This document shows, piece by piece, positions 29,106 to 39,497 of a DNA stretch of 61,911 bases. Source of the stretch: Candidatus Iainarchaeum sp. (lineage in GTDB: Archaea; Iainarchaeota; Iainarchaeia; Iainarchaeales; VGJJ01); contig JACQJG010000019.1 of the NCBI GenBank assembly GCA_016198125.1, forward strand, positions 1-61,911, in the 5' to 3' direction. Position 1 is the stretch's first letter; every line of letters starts with the position of its first letter. The notes beneath the pieces were generated by a model, which did no database searches, was not told where the DNA came from, and saw nothing but the letters and a program-made list of their open reading frames with translations. The translations under genes and the position numbers were made by a program.

Positions 29106-29142
29106 AAAAAAAAATAAAAAAGAGGAAAGGCACGTACCTTTC
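29106..29142 (-). terminator. Putative terminator of the major pilin gene
   Basis: GAAAGG-N6-CCTTTC hairpin followed on the minus strand by a long T tract, between convergent genes. Confidence 0.5.
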
Positions 29143-29170
29143 TTGTATTTTAAAAAAATTATTAAATGAC

Positions 29171-29626
29171 TTAGATTGTTCCCCTGCAAGACCCAGTTGC
29201 AGTGAGGTTTGTTAACGACCCTGCATCGTAGGTGAGCGTGTACGTAAGCGAATACGCCCCTGAACTCAGGTCATTGGCTGGGTTTACAACCAAAGTTCCT
29301 GTTTGATTGGGCGAATAATTTTGGTCTCCGCCGAACGCAATTGCCCCCGAAGTATAGGTCGTACTGCCACCATGGGTTCCAGTCACTGTGGCAGCTGTGA
29401 AGTTAACGGCTTGACCTGTTTGGTTGACCAATACAAGTTCCGCTTGTCCAGCCACTACATTGCTTTGCGTCACCGTGAACTGGCCAAACTTAGCATCACA
29501 CTGATCGCCTTGAATGGTGCTCGGGTTAATGAGAATCACCAACGCGGCAACTGCAATGACAATGACTACCAGCGCCCACCCATAAGTCATGAGGTATTCC
29601 AGCGCGGATTGTCCTTTTCGATTCAT
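29171..29626 (-). CDS. Probable major type IV pilin (class III signal peptide)
   Basis: MNRKG/QSALEYLMTYGWALVVIVIAVAAL; strong AGGAGG RBS; separate transcription unit. Confidence 0.9.
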   Translation of the reverse strand: MNRKGQSALEYLMTYGWALVVIVIAVAALVILINPSTIQGDQCDAKFGQFTVTQSNVVAGQAELVLVNQTGQAVNFTAATVTGTHGGSTTYTSGAIAFGGDQNYSPNQTGTLVVNPANDLSSGAYSLTYTLTYDAGSLTNLTATGSCRGTI

Positions 29627-29862
29627 GTATTCCCTCCTTTTATCCAAAACTTTTCATTTTTGCTTAAAACATTAAACGCGCATTGTATTGGGAGTCTAAT
29701 GTTTTTCGTCTTGAAACAGGAAAGCGCTTGTTTTATTTAAACCTTTGCGGGTTAAAACCCGAATGGCCTTTTAAAGAACGCCTGAATGGAGGGCAGGAAG
29801 GTTCAATGCGGAATGGTTTATTTAAAGGGGTTGGACCTTTTCATAAAACGGGTTTGAAGGCC

Positions 29863-30555
29863 ATGCAAGTGGAGCGCATTAAAACAGGCATTCCCGGGTT
29901 GGATGAACTCCTGGATGGAGGCATTCCCAAGGGAAGCCTGGTGGTGTTGTCAGGAGACCCTGGAAGCGGTAAAACCATTTTTTCCCTTCAATTCCTTTAC
30001 ACGGGGGCCATGCAGCACGATGAAAAGGGCGTGCTCATTTCCTTGGAGGAAAAACCCGACCAGCTCATTGAAACTGCAAGCGTTTTCGGCTGGGACTTCA
30101 AAAAACTCGTGCAGGAAAAAAAAATCATCATTCAATCGTTTGAATTGTATGACTTTGACAAGTTGCGGGACAGCATTGAAGACCTTGTAACAAAAGCCAA
30201 GGCCAAGCGCCTGGTCATTGACCCCGGGGTTATTTTCAGGTTATACTTTGAACGCGAATTGGACGCGCGCAAGCGCATTGTAGTACTGGGAAAAATGCTC
30301 AAGCAGTTGGGGGTTACAACCCTTGTAACCAATGAAGCAACGCACGGGCAAACCGATGGATTGTTTGGATTGGAAGAATATGTTGCAGACGGCGTCATTT
30401 TGTTGTACCACAAAAAACTGAAGAATGAGTTCATTCGAAGCGTTGGCGTGCTTAAAATGCGCAACACGAAAATAGCTGAAAAACTCAGGCCGGTGCGCAT
30501 TGACTCCAAGGGAATTGAAGTGCTTGCACGCACGGAATTGTTCCACGAAATTTGA
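29863..30555 (+). CDS. KaiC/RAD55-like RecA-superfamily ATPase
   Basis: RIKTGIPGLDELLDGGIP, GDPGSGKT, EEYVADGVILL, VLKMR. Confidence 0.92.
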   Translation: MQVERIKTGIPGLDELLDGGIPKGSLVVLSGDPGSGKTIFSLQFLYTGAMQHDEKGVLISLEEKPDQLIETASVFGWDFKKLVQEKKIIIQSFELYDFDKLRDSIEDLVTKAKAKRLVIDPGVIFRLYFERELDARKRIVVLGKMLKQLGVTTLVTNEATHGQTDGLFGLEEYVADGVILLYHKKLKNEFIRSVGVLKMRNTKIAEKLRPVRIDSKGIEVLARTELFHEI

Positions 30556-30568
30556 CCAGGGGATTTGA

Positions 30569-31315
30569 TTGGGCAAGAAGAAGGCAGGAGAAAAAAAGCA
30601 AAAGGTTTCTAAGGCACACGTTAAAGCCTTGAAAAAAGTTAAACCCTTCAAACCGCGTTCAGCGCGCAAAACAATGGTTGTTCAACGTCCAGCCAAAAAA
30701 GATTCAAAGGTGGGTTCAAAAGTGCTTTCAACGGAGGAGCTCATTGCGCTTTTAAAACCCGGGCGTGAACTTGAAGCCAAGGCCGAGGCCTGGTTAAAGG
30801 ACTTGAAGGGCGGGATGGTCACTTTGTGGGTGGCGGATTTAAAGAATTACGCGGACTTGAACAGGTTTCTCATCCAGTATTTTTTGAAAAAGGAAATGCA
30901 AGGCGTTTACGTTACTATTAACCGGCCGTTTGAGGACCTCGTAAAAGGAGTTCAACTCCAGGGCGCGAAAGGCATTCAATTCGTGGACATGATTACCTTG
31001 TCCAGTGGGGGGCAGGCCGTGAAAGCGGATAATTGCATGTACTTGGAGTCTCCTGTGAACTTGTTTGAATTAAACGAGGCTGTTGAAAAAGGCCTTGCAC
31101 GCGTGCAGGGCGAGCACAGGTTTTTGGTGGTGGATGCTGTTTCAACCCTGCTCATTTACAATAAGCCGGATGAAGTGGAAAAACTGGTGCACACGCTTGC
31201 AAGCAAGGCCCGAAGCATGAACGCGTTCACCGCCCTTTTAATGGTGGAAAACCAGGAAAACAAGGGCGTGCTTGAAACCCTGAGCCAGTTCGTGGACAAA
31301 GTGGCATGGTTTTGA
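30569..31315 (+). CDS. Degenerate KaiC/RecA-like domain protein lacking Walker A
   Basis: GVYVTINRP, IQFVD, FLVVDAVSTLLIYN, LSQFVDKV. Confidence 0.75.
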   Translation: MGKKKAGEKKQKVSKAHVKALKKVKPFKPRSARKTMVVQRPAKKDSKVGSKVLSTEELIALLKPGRELEAKAEAWLKDLKGGMVTLWVADLKNYADLNRFLIQYFLKKEMQGVYVTINRPFEDLVKGVQLQGAKGIQFVDMITLSSGGQAVKADNCMYLESPVNLFELNEAVEKGLARVQGEHRFLVVDAVSTLLIYNKPDEVEKLVHTLASKARSMNAFTALLMVENQENKGVLETLSQFVDKVAWF

Positions 31316-31361
31316 CTTTGGTTTGCCAAAAGGCGAAAACTTATAATATCCGGCATGCATA

Positions 31362-31715
31362 ATGAATGGTTTTATGCGTGCACGCGGAAAACCAGGGAAA
31401 CTGCCGGGAACCCAAAAAAAGGCCGGAAGGCCCCGGTTGTTAGCGAAAAGGAATGCGAACATGCGTGAGCGCGCTGCACGCGCTGTACGGAAAATACTTG
31501 TCTCACGTGCGCGCACCGTTCAACCCAAGCCGTCTGAGCGTCCAAAACCCTTGCAGGCTCCTTCCTTGCGTTCGCGCGTGCGCCTGCTGAGAACCACGGA
31601 TATCCCGCCTGGAGTGACTTCTTTCATGGACCGCATGTTTCAGAACGCTTCAAACCCGCCCACGACCAACCCCGAAAAACAAAGTAAAAGAAAATCTCTT
31701 GTCAAGGAGAGATGA
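31362..31715 (+). CDS. Hypothetical highly basic protein
   Basis: 117 aa ORF preceded by TTATAA; R/K/P-rich. Confidence 0.45.
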   Translation: MNGFMRARGKPGKLPGTQKKAGRPRLLAKRNANMRERAARAVRKILVSRARTVQPKPSERPKPLQAPSLRSRVRLLRTTDIPPGVTSFMDRMFQNASNPPTTNPEKQSKRKSLVKER

Positions 31716-33003
31716 CCACTTCTCTTCCCAACAACTCAGATGCCTGGGATTGAAGGGATTGCAGGGTTTCCTGGTATTCCATTGAAAGCTGGGCGTGCTG
31801 GGTTTTCACGCTTGCACGTTCGTGTTCGCGTTCTTTTAACTGGCGTTCAACCGATGCAAGCCTGGATTGGACTTCCTCCACTCTGCGCGAAACCTGGAGT
31901 TCTTCCAGGCGTTTTGCTATTTCCATGGCTTGGGCCTGCAGTTCGTTGGACTTCCAAAAAACCTCATCAAAAAAGTTGAATGCCAGAATGGCATTTAATG
32001 CCTTAACCCGCTTGTTTTTTTCCTTTTCCTTTAATGCAATGATTCCATTTTCCACGCATTGAATGCATTTGCCTGCGAGTTCTTTTAACGCGCTTGCCTT
32101 CAGGTCGCGCTTGCTTGCCTCCAAGGGATCCGACAAGTATAATGCCAGGAGGCTTTTTTCTTCTTCATTCAATGGAAATTTGGAATTTTTCAAAAACTTT
32201 TTAAGAGGCTTTTCCGCGCCTGCAAGCAATTGAAGGGTGCGTGCGCGCAGGCTTTCACGCGCGTCCTCTGTTTTTTTGAGTTCGGCCTGCAACAGCGAAA
32301 ATTCCTGGTAGGCTGTCCCCTTTTGAATGAATTCAAATTCTTTTTCCCCTGCAGCCTTGGCCTTGGATAATTCATATACGCGGTCTTCAGCAAAACGCGC
32401 ATGATTCTCTATTTCCGTGCACCGCGCTTTAAGTTGAACCGCCTTTTCGTACAAGGGGGCCAGGCGTGCCTGTGCAGGGGCGCTGGCCGCGTTTGATGCA
32501 AAATCTTTTAACTCTCCCAGCACGCGGTCCAATTCCTGTACGTGCGCTCCAACGGATTTGACCTCGGATTTCATGATGATTCCCGTGTAGGCAATGTTTT
32601 TGCGCAGGGACTCAATTTCACGGCGCAAAACGGGCTGGGCGTTCAAACAGTATTCCTGCAGTGCCCCAAAGGTTGCCTGAGTGGGGGGAGTGAGTTTTTC
32701 AACCAGAACTTGCATACGCTGGACCAGCGCGTTTTTGGATGTTGAAACAATGCGCCGCAGGCGCTTGTGGCCTTCCTCTGCATTCAAATCCCTTTCATTG
32801 AATTCAGACACGCTTACGTACAATTCTTTCAACAGGTATTTTACTTCCGCGAACCGCACGCGGGCATTTTCTTCGAATTCTTGCGCAGAGGGCCTAAAAT
32901 ACGTTTCCAATTGCACGCCCAATTCGCCGAGCGGAATGTTTATGCGTGGAAGGGTCGTGCGTTCCTGTGGGGGTTTTCCAAAAAGCGTGTCCAGCCAGCC
33001 CAT
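31702..33003 (-). CDS. Long coiled-coil hypothetical protein
   Basis: 433 aa, heptad-rich, MGWLDTLFGK N-terminus. Confidence 0.75.
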   Translation of the reverse strand: MGWLDTLFGKPPQERTTLPRINIPLGELGVQLETYFRPSAQEFEENARVRFAEVKYLLKELYVSVSEFNERDLNAEEGHKRLRRIVSTSKNALVQRMQVLVEKLTPPTQATFGALQEYCLNAQPVLRREIESLRKNIAYTGIIMKSEVKSVGAHVQELDRVLGELKDFASNAASAPAQARLAPLYEKAVQLKARCTEIENHARFAEDRVYELSKAKAAGEKEFEFIQKGTAYQEFSLLQAELKKTEDARESLRARTLQLLAGAEKPLKKFLKNSKFPLNEEEKSLLALYLSDPLEASKRDLKASALKELAGKCIQCVENGIIALKEKEKNKRVKALNAILAFNFFDEVFWKSNELQAQAMEIAKRLEELQVSRRVEEVQSRLASVERQLKEREHERASVKTQHAQLSMEYQETLQSLQSQASELLGREVVISP

Positions 33004-33111
33004 TCAAAAAAACCTGCATTGTATTAGGGAAAAAGCGTTTTAAAAACCCGTGTTACGCATGCAAAAAAACCGCCACGTATTTAAGGATTCCATGCGTTTA
33101 AAAAGCCGTTT

Positions 33112-36100
33112 ATGGCACATAACCTTGTTTTCTGGCGGGCAGTTTTGAGCGTATTCCTTCTCGTGTTTTTTTTAAACCCCCACGCATACGACTTGCACGC
33201 CCCGCTTTCCTGGGAAAATCAAAAAAGCAGGGAAGGCATTCCGCTCAAAATTTTATTTCAGGAAAGCCTTGACCGTTCTCCTGAGGAACGTTCTTCTGAA
33301 ACCGCCCTGGACCGGCCAGATGTTCTTCCGCCTCCCTCCAGACCTGCTGAAACCAGACCGCAAAAGGCTCTTGTGCTTGGGTCGAACGCGTTTCATTTCA
33401 TGGGCATTCGCACGCAGGAAGGTTCTGTTATTGCCAGCGGAAGCAGGCCCTTGCAGGTCGTGCCTGGATTTTATGATATAGACGTTGTCTTAATGGAGGC
33501 ATGGGTTAAAAGTGCGCGTGGAAAAAACGTGTTGTTGAACAAGGATGCAATGGTGTTAGAATACCATGAAGACCCCGAATGGATTCCTACCTACCCTGAA
33601 GGGGATTCCAATTTCAACACGGAATGGGTGAAAACAGTTGGGTTAAACCTCGCCGGGGAAGCTGGGGAATGGGCCTTTGAATGGGCGCCTGTGCCGGGAG
33701 CCAATGAGGCATGGGCGTGCACTGCCTGGTCTTCCACTGAGCGCACGTGCAGGGAATGGAAGCAAGTCGCGCGCATAACCATTGACGTTATGGACACCAA
33801 CACGTTTGCGTTTACCACGCGTGAAAGGAAAGTGTTTGTTGGTTTTTTGCACCGCAGGCCATTGGAAGAACTTCCACTCTCACGAGATTCCAAGGAAAGC
33901 GTGCTAAGCATGGAATTAAATCCAGTGGAACCCGTGGATGTAAATCAGTCCTTCAGGGTGAATGCCTTGATTGGATGCGCGGAAGCAGACTGCAATTACG
34001 TGTATGCAGAAGCACAGTACTGTTCTCAAACGCGACGAGAGTACTGCCGGCCGTTTGAATGGAAGCCCTTGGAAAGCGAAGGGTTGTTCCAGTCTTTGAC
34101 TGAAAATCCTGTAGAGTTAACCCTTGAAAAAGGCCAGTCGCGCACGGTTTCATGGAATGCCAAAATCCTGCAAAGTGGAGTGTACTGGGCGCGTGTGAAC
34201 GCGCGCGCGCCCAACGCTGAACGCATTGAATCCGAATGGCAGCGCATAGAAGTCAAGCCAAAAATACCGGGTGCAAACACCTTGGGGATTGGGGAAGAAG
34301 TAGCGCTTGCCTTGCACCGGGACAAGGACGTTTTTACGGTTGGAGAAAACCCTTCGTTTACCTTGCGCATTTTGTCCAGGCAGGAAGGCCGGTTATTGGA
34401 AGCGCGCAGGAAAGCAGGGTTGGAAAATGCAGCGTACTTTCAGGGCCTGCCGTTTCAATGGCCAGCGTTTCCAAATCCTTTTGAAAGGGCGGAAGACCGC
34501 ATATACAGGGAAATTGTTGAACGCAAGGAATTGGCTTTGGACATTGAATTAGTCGATGCTTCCGGTACAAAGACGCAGTTAATGCCTGCAGATTATAACA
34601 TACAAGACTTAAACGCGCGCATGATTAAGCTGAGTTTGAATGCGTTGCGCAGCCTGCGGGGGGGCGCGTACACGTTAAACGTCAGTCTTCCTTCAGGCCC
34701 CCTTGGCCAGCGTGCAACCACTGCCAGCGAAAACTTTGCATGGGGCGTTGTGGCAGTAAACACCAACAAGCCCACCTATCACCCGGGAGAACGTGCGGAA
34801 TTCACTATTGTAGTATTGGATTATGGCAGTTTTGGCGTGAAAGGCGCAGCCGTTGAAATGACGCTTGAAACTCCAAACGGAAAAAAAGAAATGTTTTCAA
34901 CCCAAGACCGCACCATTCTTGAAACCACTACCCCTGGAATTTACATGGCATATTATTCTCCGCGCGTGGAAGGAACTTTTCATGTGAGCGTGCATGCAGC
35001 TGGAACGAATGTGAATGCAGGCATTACAACGACCTTTGATGTTCGTTCAAGGTACGCGTTTGACATTGAGCGTTTTACTCCGACCATGATTAATCCTGAA
35101 GTGCAGCCCATTCAAATGGACATTAAAATTACTCCGCTCATGCGCGGGTTTGACGGGCTTACCGTGAAAGAATTTCTGCCCGCGGACCTGAATGTGGTTG
35201 AAGCCAGTGAAGCCGCTCAGGTAGAGGACCGCAATGGGGTCAAGGTAATCACATGGAACTTTCACAACCGGAATGTGTTGGACCCTGTGCGCATTCACTA
35301 CCAGTACACGGTTCCAAAGGACAAAAAGCCCTGGCTGTATTACCTGGGGCCGTTGCTTATTGAATGGGATCGAAACAAGGCATTTGAGGAGGCGCGCACA
35401 TGGATGATTGCCATTGACGCCAATGCCCTGGCCATTAGATTTTTTTACCGAAAGCCCACTTCGCCTGACTTTGCGGACTACAATTTTTACTTCAACGAAC
35501 CCAAACCCAACGATGCCAATGCGGCTACAAGCGATACAAATGGCGACCCCCTGCCCTTCATCGACGCCAATGTAAACGACATTAACGTGGCTCACTCCCA
35601 AAGCGGAAATAACACCCTTGCACGTACTTACCTGCTGGGAGCGAGCCCGATTGGAATGTACAAAGGCATTTCGTTCGTGTCCCCTCCTTTGGTGGCGCAA
35701 ACCGTGGCCAGTGGGACGTGGGAATTGGCCATCAACTGCCTGGTAAACACAAACCGCGCGCGCCCCAAGCTTGCAGCATATGGATGGAAGACCACGGATA
35801 CAAACAGCACGCGCATTGTTACCCCTCTTTCTCCTACAGTCGCGTGCCCCACCACCATTGGAGGGGGGCGGTCCATTACCAGCACGGGGAATGCAATTAC
35901 ATTTAGCCGGGGAGACAAAATAGTCTTCGAAGCCGACCTCAATAAAACAGCAGCAGCCGCGGTGGATATTACACTCAACTACAATGCCCTTGACACGAAT
36001 TCCGGGGCGAGAGCAGACTCCAATTCCCTTGCGCCCGCGCACATCCGCATTGCAGGTGATTTAAATGGAACGATTTCCAACCCCGCAAGCGATGCAAACA

Positions 36101-37890
36101 CGTACACGCGGGGCGTTGCGTTCATCGTGGATGGAAACACGGAATGCAGGAACTTCAACTGTGATTCCGTGGACACAAACCTGCAATGGTGCACTGGAGC
36201 GGCGTGCACCGGATTTGCGGACATTAACACGAGCACGAGCGCGCCCTTGTACATTACTGCTGGCACCATTCCTGACACCAACGTGAACGTGACCGATGGA
36301 AACAAGGACATTGTGACCTGGACGGTGGTGGCTAGCCAAAGTGGCACCTATGAATTGCGTTTGCGCATGGACGCCAATGCCTCCGGGGACTTTAACACCA
36401 CTTTGGGAACTGACCGCACAATTACTGTAAACGCGGGAAACCTGGACATTAATGTCACGTATTGCCAGGGGTCTCCTGCCCCCAGTTCAACGTGTTCCAG
36501 TGCAGACAATTATGATGTCAACCATCAAATGGACTTCAATGTGAATGCGCGCATCCATTGCCGGGACACGAGTTCTACAAACTGTGGAAGCGTAGATGCA
36601 AACATTCAATGGTGTTCAAGCATTGGGTGTTCAGGTTTTGCGGACATGAATGCGGGTTCTGGCGCATTGAGAATCGTAACAGGGTCTAATCCGGACCAAA
36701 ATTCTTCTTTGAATATCGGCCAAGGGTACGATGCCAATTGGGTAATACGCGCGTACACGGATGGAAACTATGAACTGAGAGTGCGCGTGACAGGAACCAC
36801 TTCGGATACCAACACCACAAACGGAACAGGCAACACCATCAATGCAAAAACAGCCGCTGTTCCGGCCATTGCAAAGCTTCGCGTTTTCCAGGGCGGGAGC
36901 CTGGATTTGAACACTGGAATCATTGTGTGTGATATGACTGAAAGCGCGTTCGGCGAACAGCCCCCTGGGAAAACCTGTGATTACAATATTGTAAAGGACG
37001 CGCGTCCTTACCGAATAGAAATGCGCGTGTGCAACGATGTTTCAACCGTTGGAAGCTGGACGGAAATCAAAGATGTAAATCAGGCTCAAACCTCCACCTT
37101 TATCAAGCCCGCGAATCTCACCCAGTGCGCCCATGGGGACAGTGGAACGCTGACAGCCATTGGCTCGTGCTCGGCCACCACCAGCCCGTCCAAAGTAATC
37201 ATTGACGGAAATGGAGTCATGCTGGGCCCACCAGTGGTGGCAGGCACGCGGGACAATGGAAGCTGTGAATGGTTTGCGTATACTTTCAATGCGGATGGGG
37301 CCATTGCAGGGGCAAATGCCAATACTACTGTGCGCACAACCACTGACACGAATGTCGCGGTAAGCGGAACCATAAACATTAACAGTCAAGGAAGCGCGGA
37401 TACCACGTTTGTTTTAACCCTGCCCAATGCGTGCTCGGAAGGAAAAGGATGCACTACCGGGGGTTGCACGCAGTGTACACGGTGCTACTTTGACTTGAAT
37501 GCAAATACTGGCACAAAAATAAGCTGTGAAGGCCAAACGTCCTTAACTCCATTCTTCCAGTTTGACAATCAGAGCAACGCCAATGTGGATTTGAATTGGC
37601 TGGCGGACGTGAATGGAACCATTAATTCTTCCATTTCAAAGTTCAGGTTGAAGGCCAGCCAGAAAGACACAGGGTATGAAAGCACGTGCACAGACACGCA
37701 ACCCCCTACTACCACGTGCGTGTATGTTGAAAGCCCCACCGATGTAAATATTGCGGTAAACATCCGTAACTTGAGTCCGACTTCAACGCCTTCCACGGTG
37801 GACGCAAATGCATGGTTTTGGACGGATGCAACAAACTTTTACAATGCGGACAACAATTCATTGGACATAAACAGTTATGCCACGGGATGA
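33112..37890 (+). CDS. Giant exported multidomain protein (MG2-like domain, Cys-containing Ig-like repeats, DxN-rich C-terminal half)
   Basis: Signal peptide; TNKPTYHPGE MG2-like start; three related C...QYC/QWC...W......G.Y..R repeats; no C-terminal TM. Confidence 0.85.
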   Translation: MAHNLVFWRAVLSVFLLVFFLNPHAYDLHAPLSWENQKSREGIPLKILFQESLDRSPEERSSETALDRPDVLPPPSRPAETRPQKALVLGSNAFHFMGIRTQEGSVIASGSRPLQVVPGFYDIDVVLMEAWVKSARGKNVLLNKDAMVLEYHEDPEWIPTYPEGDSNFNTEWVKTVGLNLAGEAGEWAFEWAPVPGANEAWACTAWSSTERTCREWKQVARITIDVMDTNTFAFTTRERKVFVGFLHRRPLEELPLSRDSKESVLSMELNPVEPVDVNQSFRVNALIGCAEADCNYVYAEAQYCSQTRREYCRPFEWKPLESEGLFQSLTENPVELTLEKGQSRTVSWNAKILQSGVYWARVNARAPNAERIESEWQRIEVKPKIPGANTLGIGEEVALALHRDKDVFTVGENPSFTLRILSRQEGRLLEARRKAGLENAAYFQGLPFQWPAFPNPFERAEDRIYREIVERKELALDIELVDASGTKTQLMPADYNIQDLNARMIKLSLNALRSLRGGAYTLNVSLPSGPLGQRATTASENFAWGVVAVNTNKPTYHPGERAEFTIVVLDYGSFGVKGAAVEMTLETPNGKKEMFSTQDRTILETTTPGIYMAYYSPRVEGTFHVSVHAAGTNVNAGITTTFDVRSRYAFDIERFTPTMINPEVQPIQMDIKITPLMRGFDGLTVKEFLPADLNVVEASEAAQVEDRNGVKVITWNFHNRNVLDPVRIHYQYTVPKDKKPWLYYLGPLLIEWDRNKAFEEARTWMIAIDANALAIRFFYRKPTSPDFADYNFYFNEPKPNDANAATSDTNGDPLPFIDANVNDINVAHSQSGNNTLARTYLLGASPIGMYKGISFVSPPLVAQTVASGTWELAINCLVNTNRARPKLAAYGWKTTDTNSTRIVTPLSPTVACPTTIGGGRSITSTGNAITFSRGDKIVFEADLNKTAAAAVDITLNYNALDTNSGARADSNSLAPAHIRIAGDLNGTISNPASDANTYTRGVAFIVDGNTECRNFNCDSVDTNLQWCTGAACTGFADINTSTSAPLYITAGTIPDTNVNVTDGNKDIVTWTVVASQSGTYELRLRMDANASGDFNTTLGTDRTITVNAGNLDINVTYCQGSPAPSSTCSSADNYDVNHQMDFNVNARIHCRDTSSTNCGSVDANIQWCSSIGCSGFADMNAGSGALRIVTGSNPDQNSSLNIGQGYDANWVIRAYTDGNYELRVRVTGTTSDTNTTNGTGNTINAKTAAVPAIAKLRVFQGGSLDLNTGIIVCDMTESAFGEQPPGKTCDYNIVKDARPYRIEMRVCNDVSTVGSWTEIKDVNQAQTSTFIKPANLTQCAHGDSGTLTAIGSCSATTSPSKVIIDGNGVMLGPPVVAGTRDNGSCEWFAYTFNADGAIAGANANTTVRTTTDTNVAVSGTININSQGSADTTFVLTLPNACSEGKGCTTGGCTQCTRCYFDLNANTGTKISCEGQTSLTPFFQFDNQSNANVDLNWLADVNGTINSSISKFRLKASQKDTGYESTCTDTQPPTTTCVYVESPTDVNIAVNIRNLSPTSTPSTVDANAWFWTDATNFYNADNNSLDINSYATG

Positions 37891-38773
37891 TGGAATGAAG
37901 CAACTCTCTGCACTTCATTTCCCCCATGGTCCGCGCGCTATTTTCATTATTTTAATTTTAATTGCTGTTTTTTTCATAATCGTACTGGCAGGCCTTGTAT
38001 TTTTTTTTGATTTTGACACGCCTTCAAAAAATGAAGGCATTCCGGCCCCTGCATTGAATGAAGAACCCCCCCAATCCTTGTTGCCTGCATCGTGGCCCAA
38101 GGAATTGGAAGAGCAATGGCGTCCAGACCGTTCATCCTATGGAGTGCCCCTGCAAACATTTGCAATGCTTTCGCCTTTGCCGGAAGACTTTGGAATTGCA
38201 TTGTACCTTGTTGCAAGTGGAAAAATTGAGGACTTGGACGTGTTCACGGAAGCATATTACACGCAGCCCGAGTTCTATCCTTCGTTTGTGTCCAATGGAA
38301 TGGTGTATTATTCCAATCATCCTCCTGACAGGTATGGCGCGCTGGGGTTTGGGTTTTACCCTTCGCCCACGTTTGCACGCGCAGAGCCCGGAGGCACTGG
38401 AATTGCAACGGTTTTCTTGCACAGCGGTTTTGGGGTTGAAACCTGGCAGGGATTACACGTGCAAGTGGAGGTAAGCGATGAACTCAAACCCTTTTTTTCA
38501 TTCAAATCCGAACAGGATGCATATTTGGTGTGCCCTTCGTATCCTTTATTTGAACCCTGTTGGGCGCAAAAAGTGCGCATTCCATTTAGTGTAAACCCAC
38601 AAACGCCTTCAGGGACTTACACGTTTTCCATTAAAACGCGCCAGCCCCCCCAAGCAATGCAAGAAGAATGGGAAAAAGAATTTGGAGAACGGTATGCGCA
38701 AAATGCATTCAAAGTGACGAATGACGGGGTATTGGTGGTAAATGTTTACTCTACCCCCAAAGCGCACGTTTAA
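37877..38773 (+). CDS. Membrane-anchored 'QPEFYP' family protein, paralogue 1
   Basis: N-terminal TM; LPEDFG, YYTQPEFYPSF, HSGFGVETWQG, WAQKV; start may be 37895. Confidence 0.8.
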   Translation: MPRDDGMKQLSALHFPHGPRAIFIILILIAVFFIIVLAGLVFFFDFDTPSKNEGIPAPALNEEPPQSLLPASWPKELEEQWRPDRSSYGVPLQTFAMLSPLPEDFGIALYLVASGKIEDLDVFTEAYYTQPEFYPSFVSNGMVYYSNHPPDRYGALGFGFYPSPTFARAEPGGTGIATVFLHSGFGVETWQGLHVQVEVSDELKPFFSFKSEQDAYLVCPSYPLFEPCWAQKVRIPFSVNPQTPSGTYTFSIKTRQPPQAMQEEWEKEFGERYAQNAFKVTNDGVLVVNVYSTPKAHV

Positions 38774-38798
38774 AAAGGTTGAAGGCGTATCTTAGGGC

Positions 38799-39497
38799 AT
38801 GGTTCTCCGGGCGGTTCAGCACCAACGCATTGCAGGCATTGGAGTGCTTTTACTGTTGGCCTTGCTGCCTTTGGCAAGCGCAACGCTTTCAACCACCACC
38901 ATGACCTGGGTGGCTGGAACCAACAAAAGTTTTACTACTACCTATGGAGCGGCGTGCTCGGGTACAAGCTTTTTTTTCGTGGAAACCGATGCCAACGTGA
39001 ACTTTGGAGACGCGGACTCGGATGGAAACTGGGCCATGGTGCGCCCTAATTCAAGTTCTGGAGGTGGCACGACCACTTTTTGCCAAAGCACGGCGCTCAG
39101 GCCCATCGTGCTCACCAACAACGGGAATTCCACTTTGAACATTGATGGAAACTTTTTAGTGGACTTGAATAGCACAGACGTAAACATTCAATTAAAAGTG
39201 TGGATGGCCACTGCAACCGGGTGCGGAGTAGGACCCGATGGAAACGGCTTTGGAGGATGGGAAAAACCCTGCAGCGTGGTTTCAACGACGGGCGCGGTCA
39301 CCATTTCAACGTGCAAGGATTTTAACTCGTCTGTGGACACGGTTGCAAGCAGGCTCATCAGTTCACTTCCAATCGGGGACAGCAATGGATTGTGTTTTAG
39401 CGGGGAAACCCTCCAAGGCCCCCAAACACCTGGAGGAGCTGGCGGAAACATTAGCTCTGGAAACCATCCCCTGCAATTCCAGATTGGAAACAGTTAA
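38799..39497 (+). CDS. Exported Cys/Thr-rich protein, candidate fibre subunit
   Basis: Sec signal ending ASA; mature N-terminus TLSTTTMTW; PIVLTNNGNSTLNI. Confidence 0.8.
   Translation: MVLRAVQHQRIAGIGVLLLLALLPLASATLSTTTMTWVAGTNKSFTTTYGAACSGTSFFFVETDANVNFGDADSDGNWAMVRPNSSSGGGTTTFCQSTALRPIVLTNNGNSTLNIDGNFLVDLNSTDVNIQLKVWMATATGCGVGPDGNGFGGWEKPCSVVSTTGAVTISTCKDFNSSVDTVASRLISSLPIGDSNGLCFSGETLQGPQTPGGAGGNISSGNHPLQFQIGNS

Noticed and set aside
29683-29862. N-terminal extension of the KaiC-like ORF
   Set aside because: AT-rich divergent promoter region with TATA-like boxes; the domain starts at MQVERIKTG.
24103-31315. Archaellum operon (FlaI/FlaJ/FlaH)
   Set aside because: No archaellin or FlaF/G-like genes; two separate platform genes and YGW-type pilins fit a type IV pilus better.
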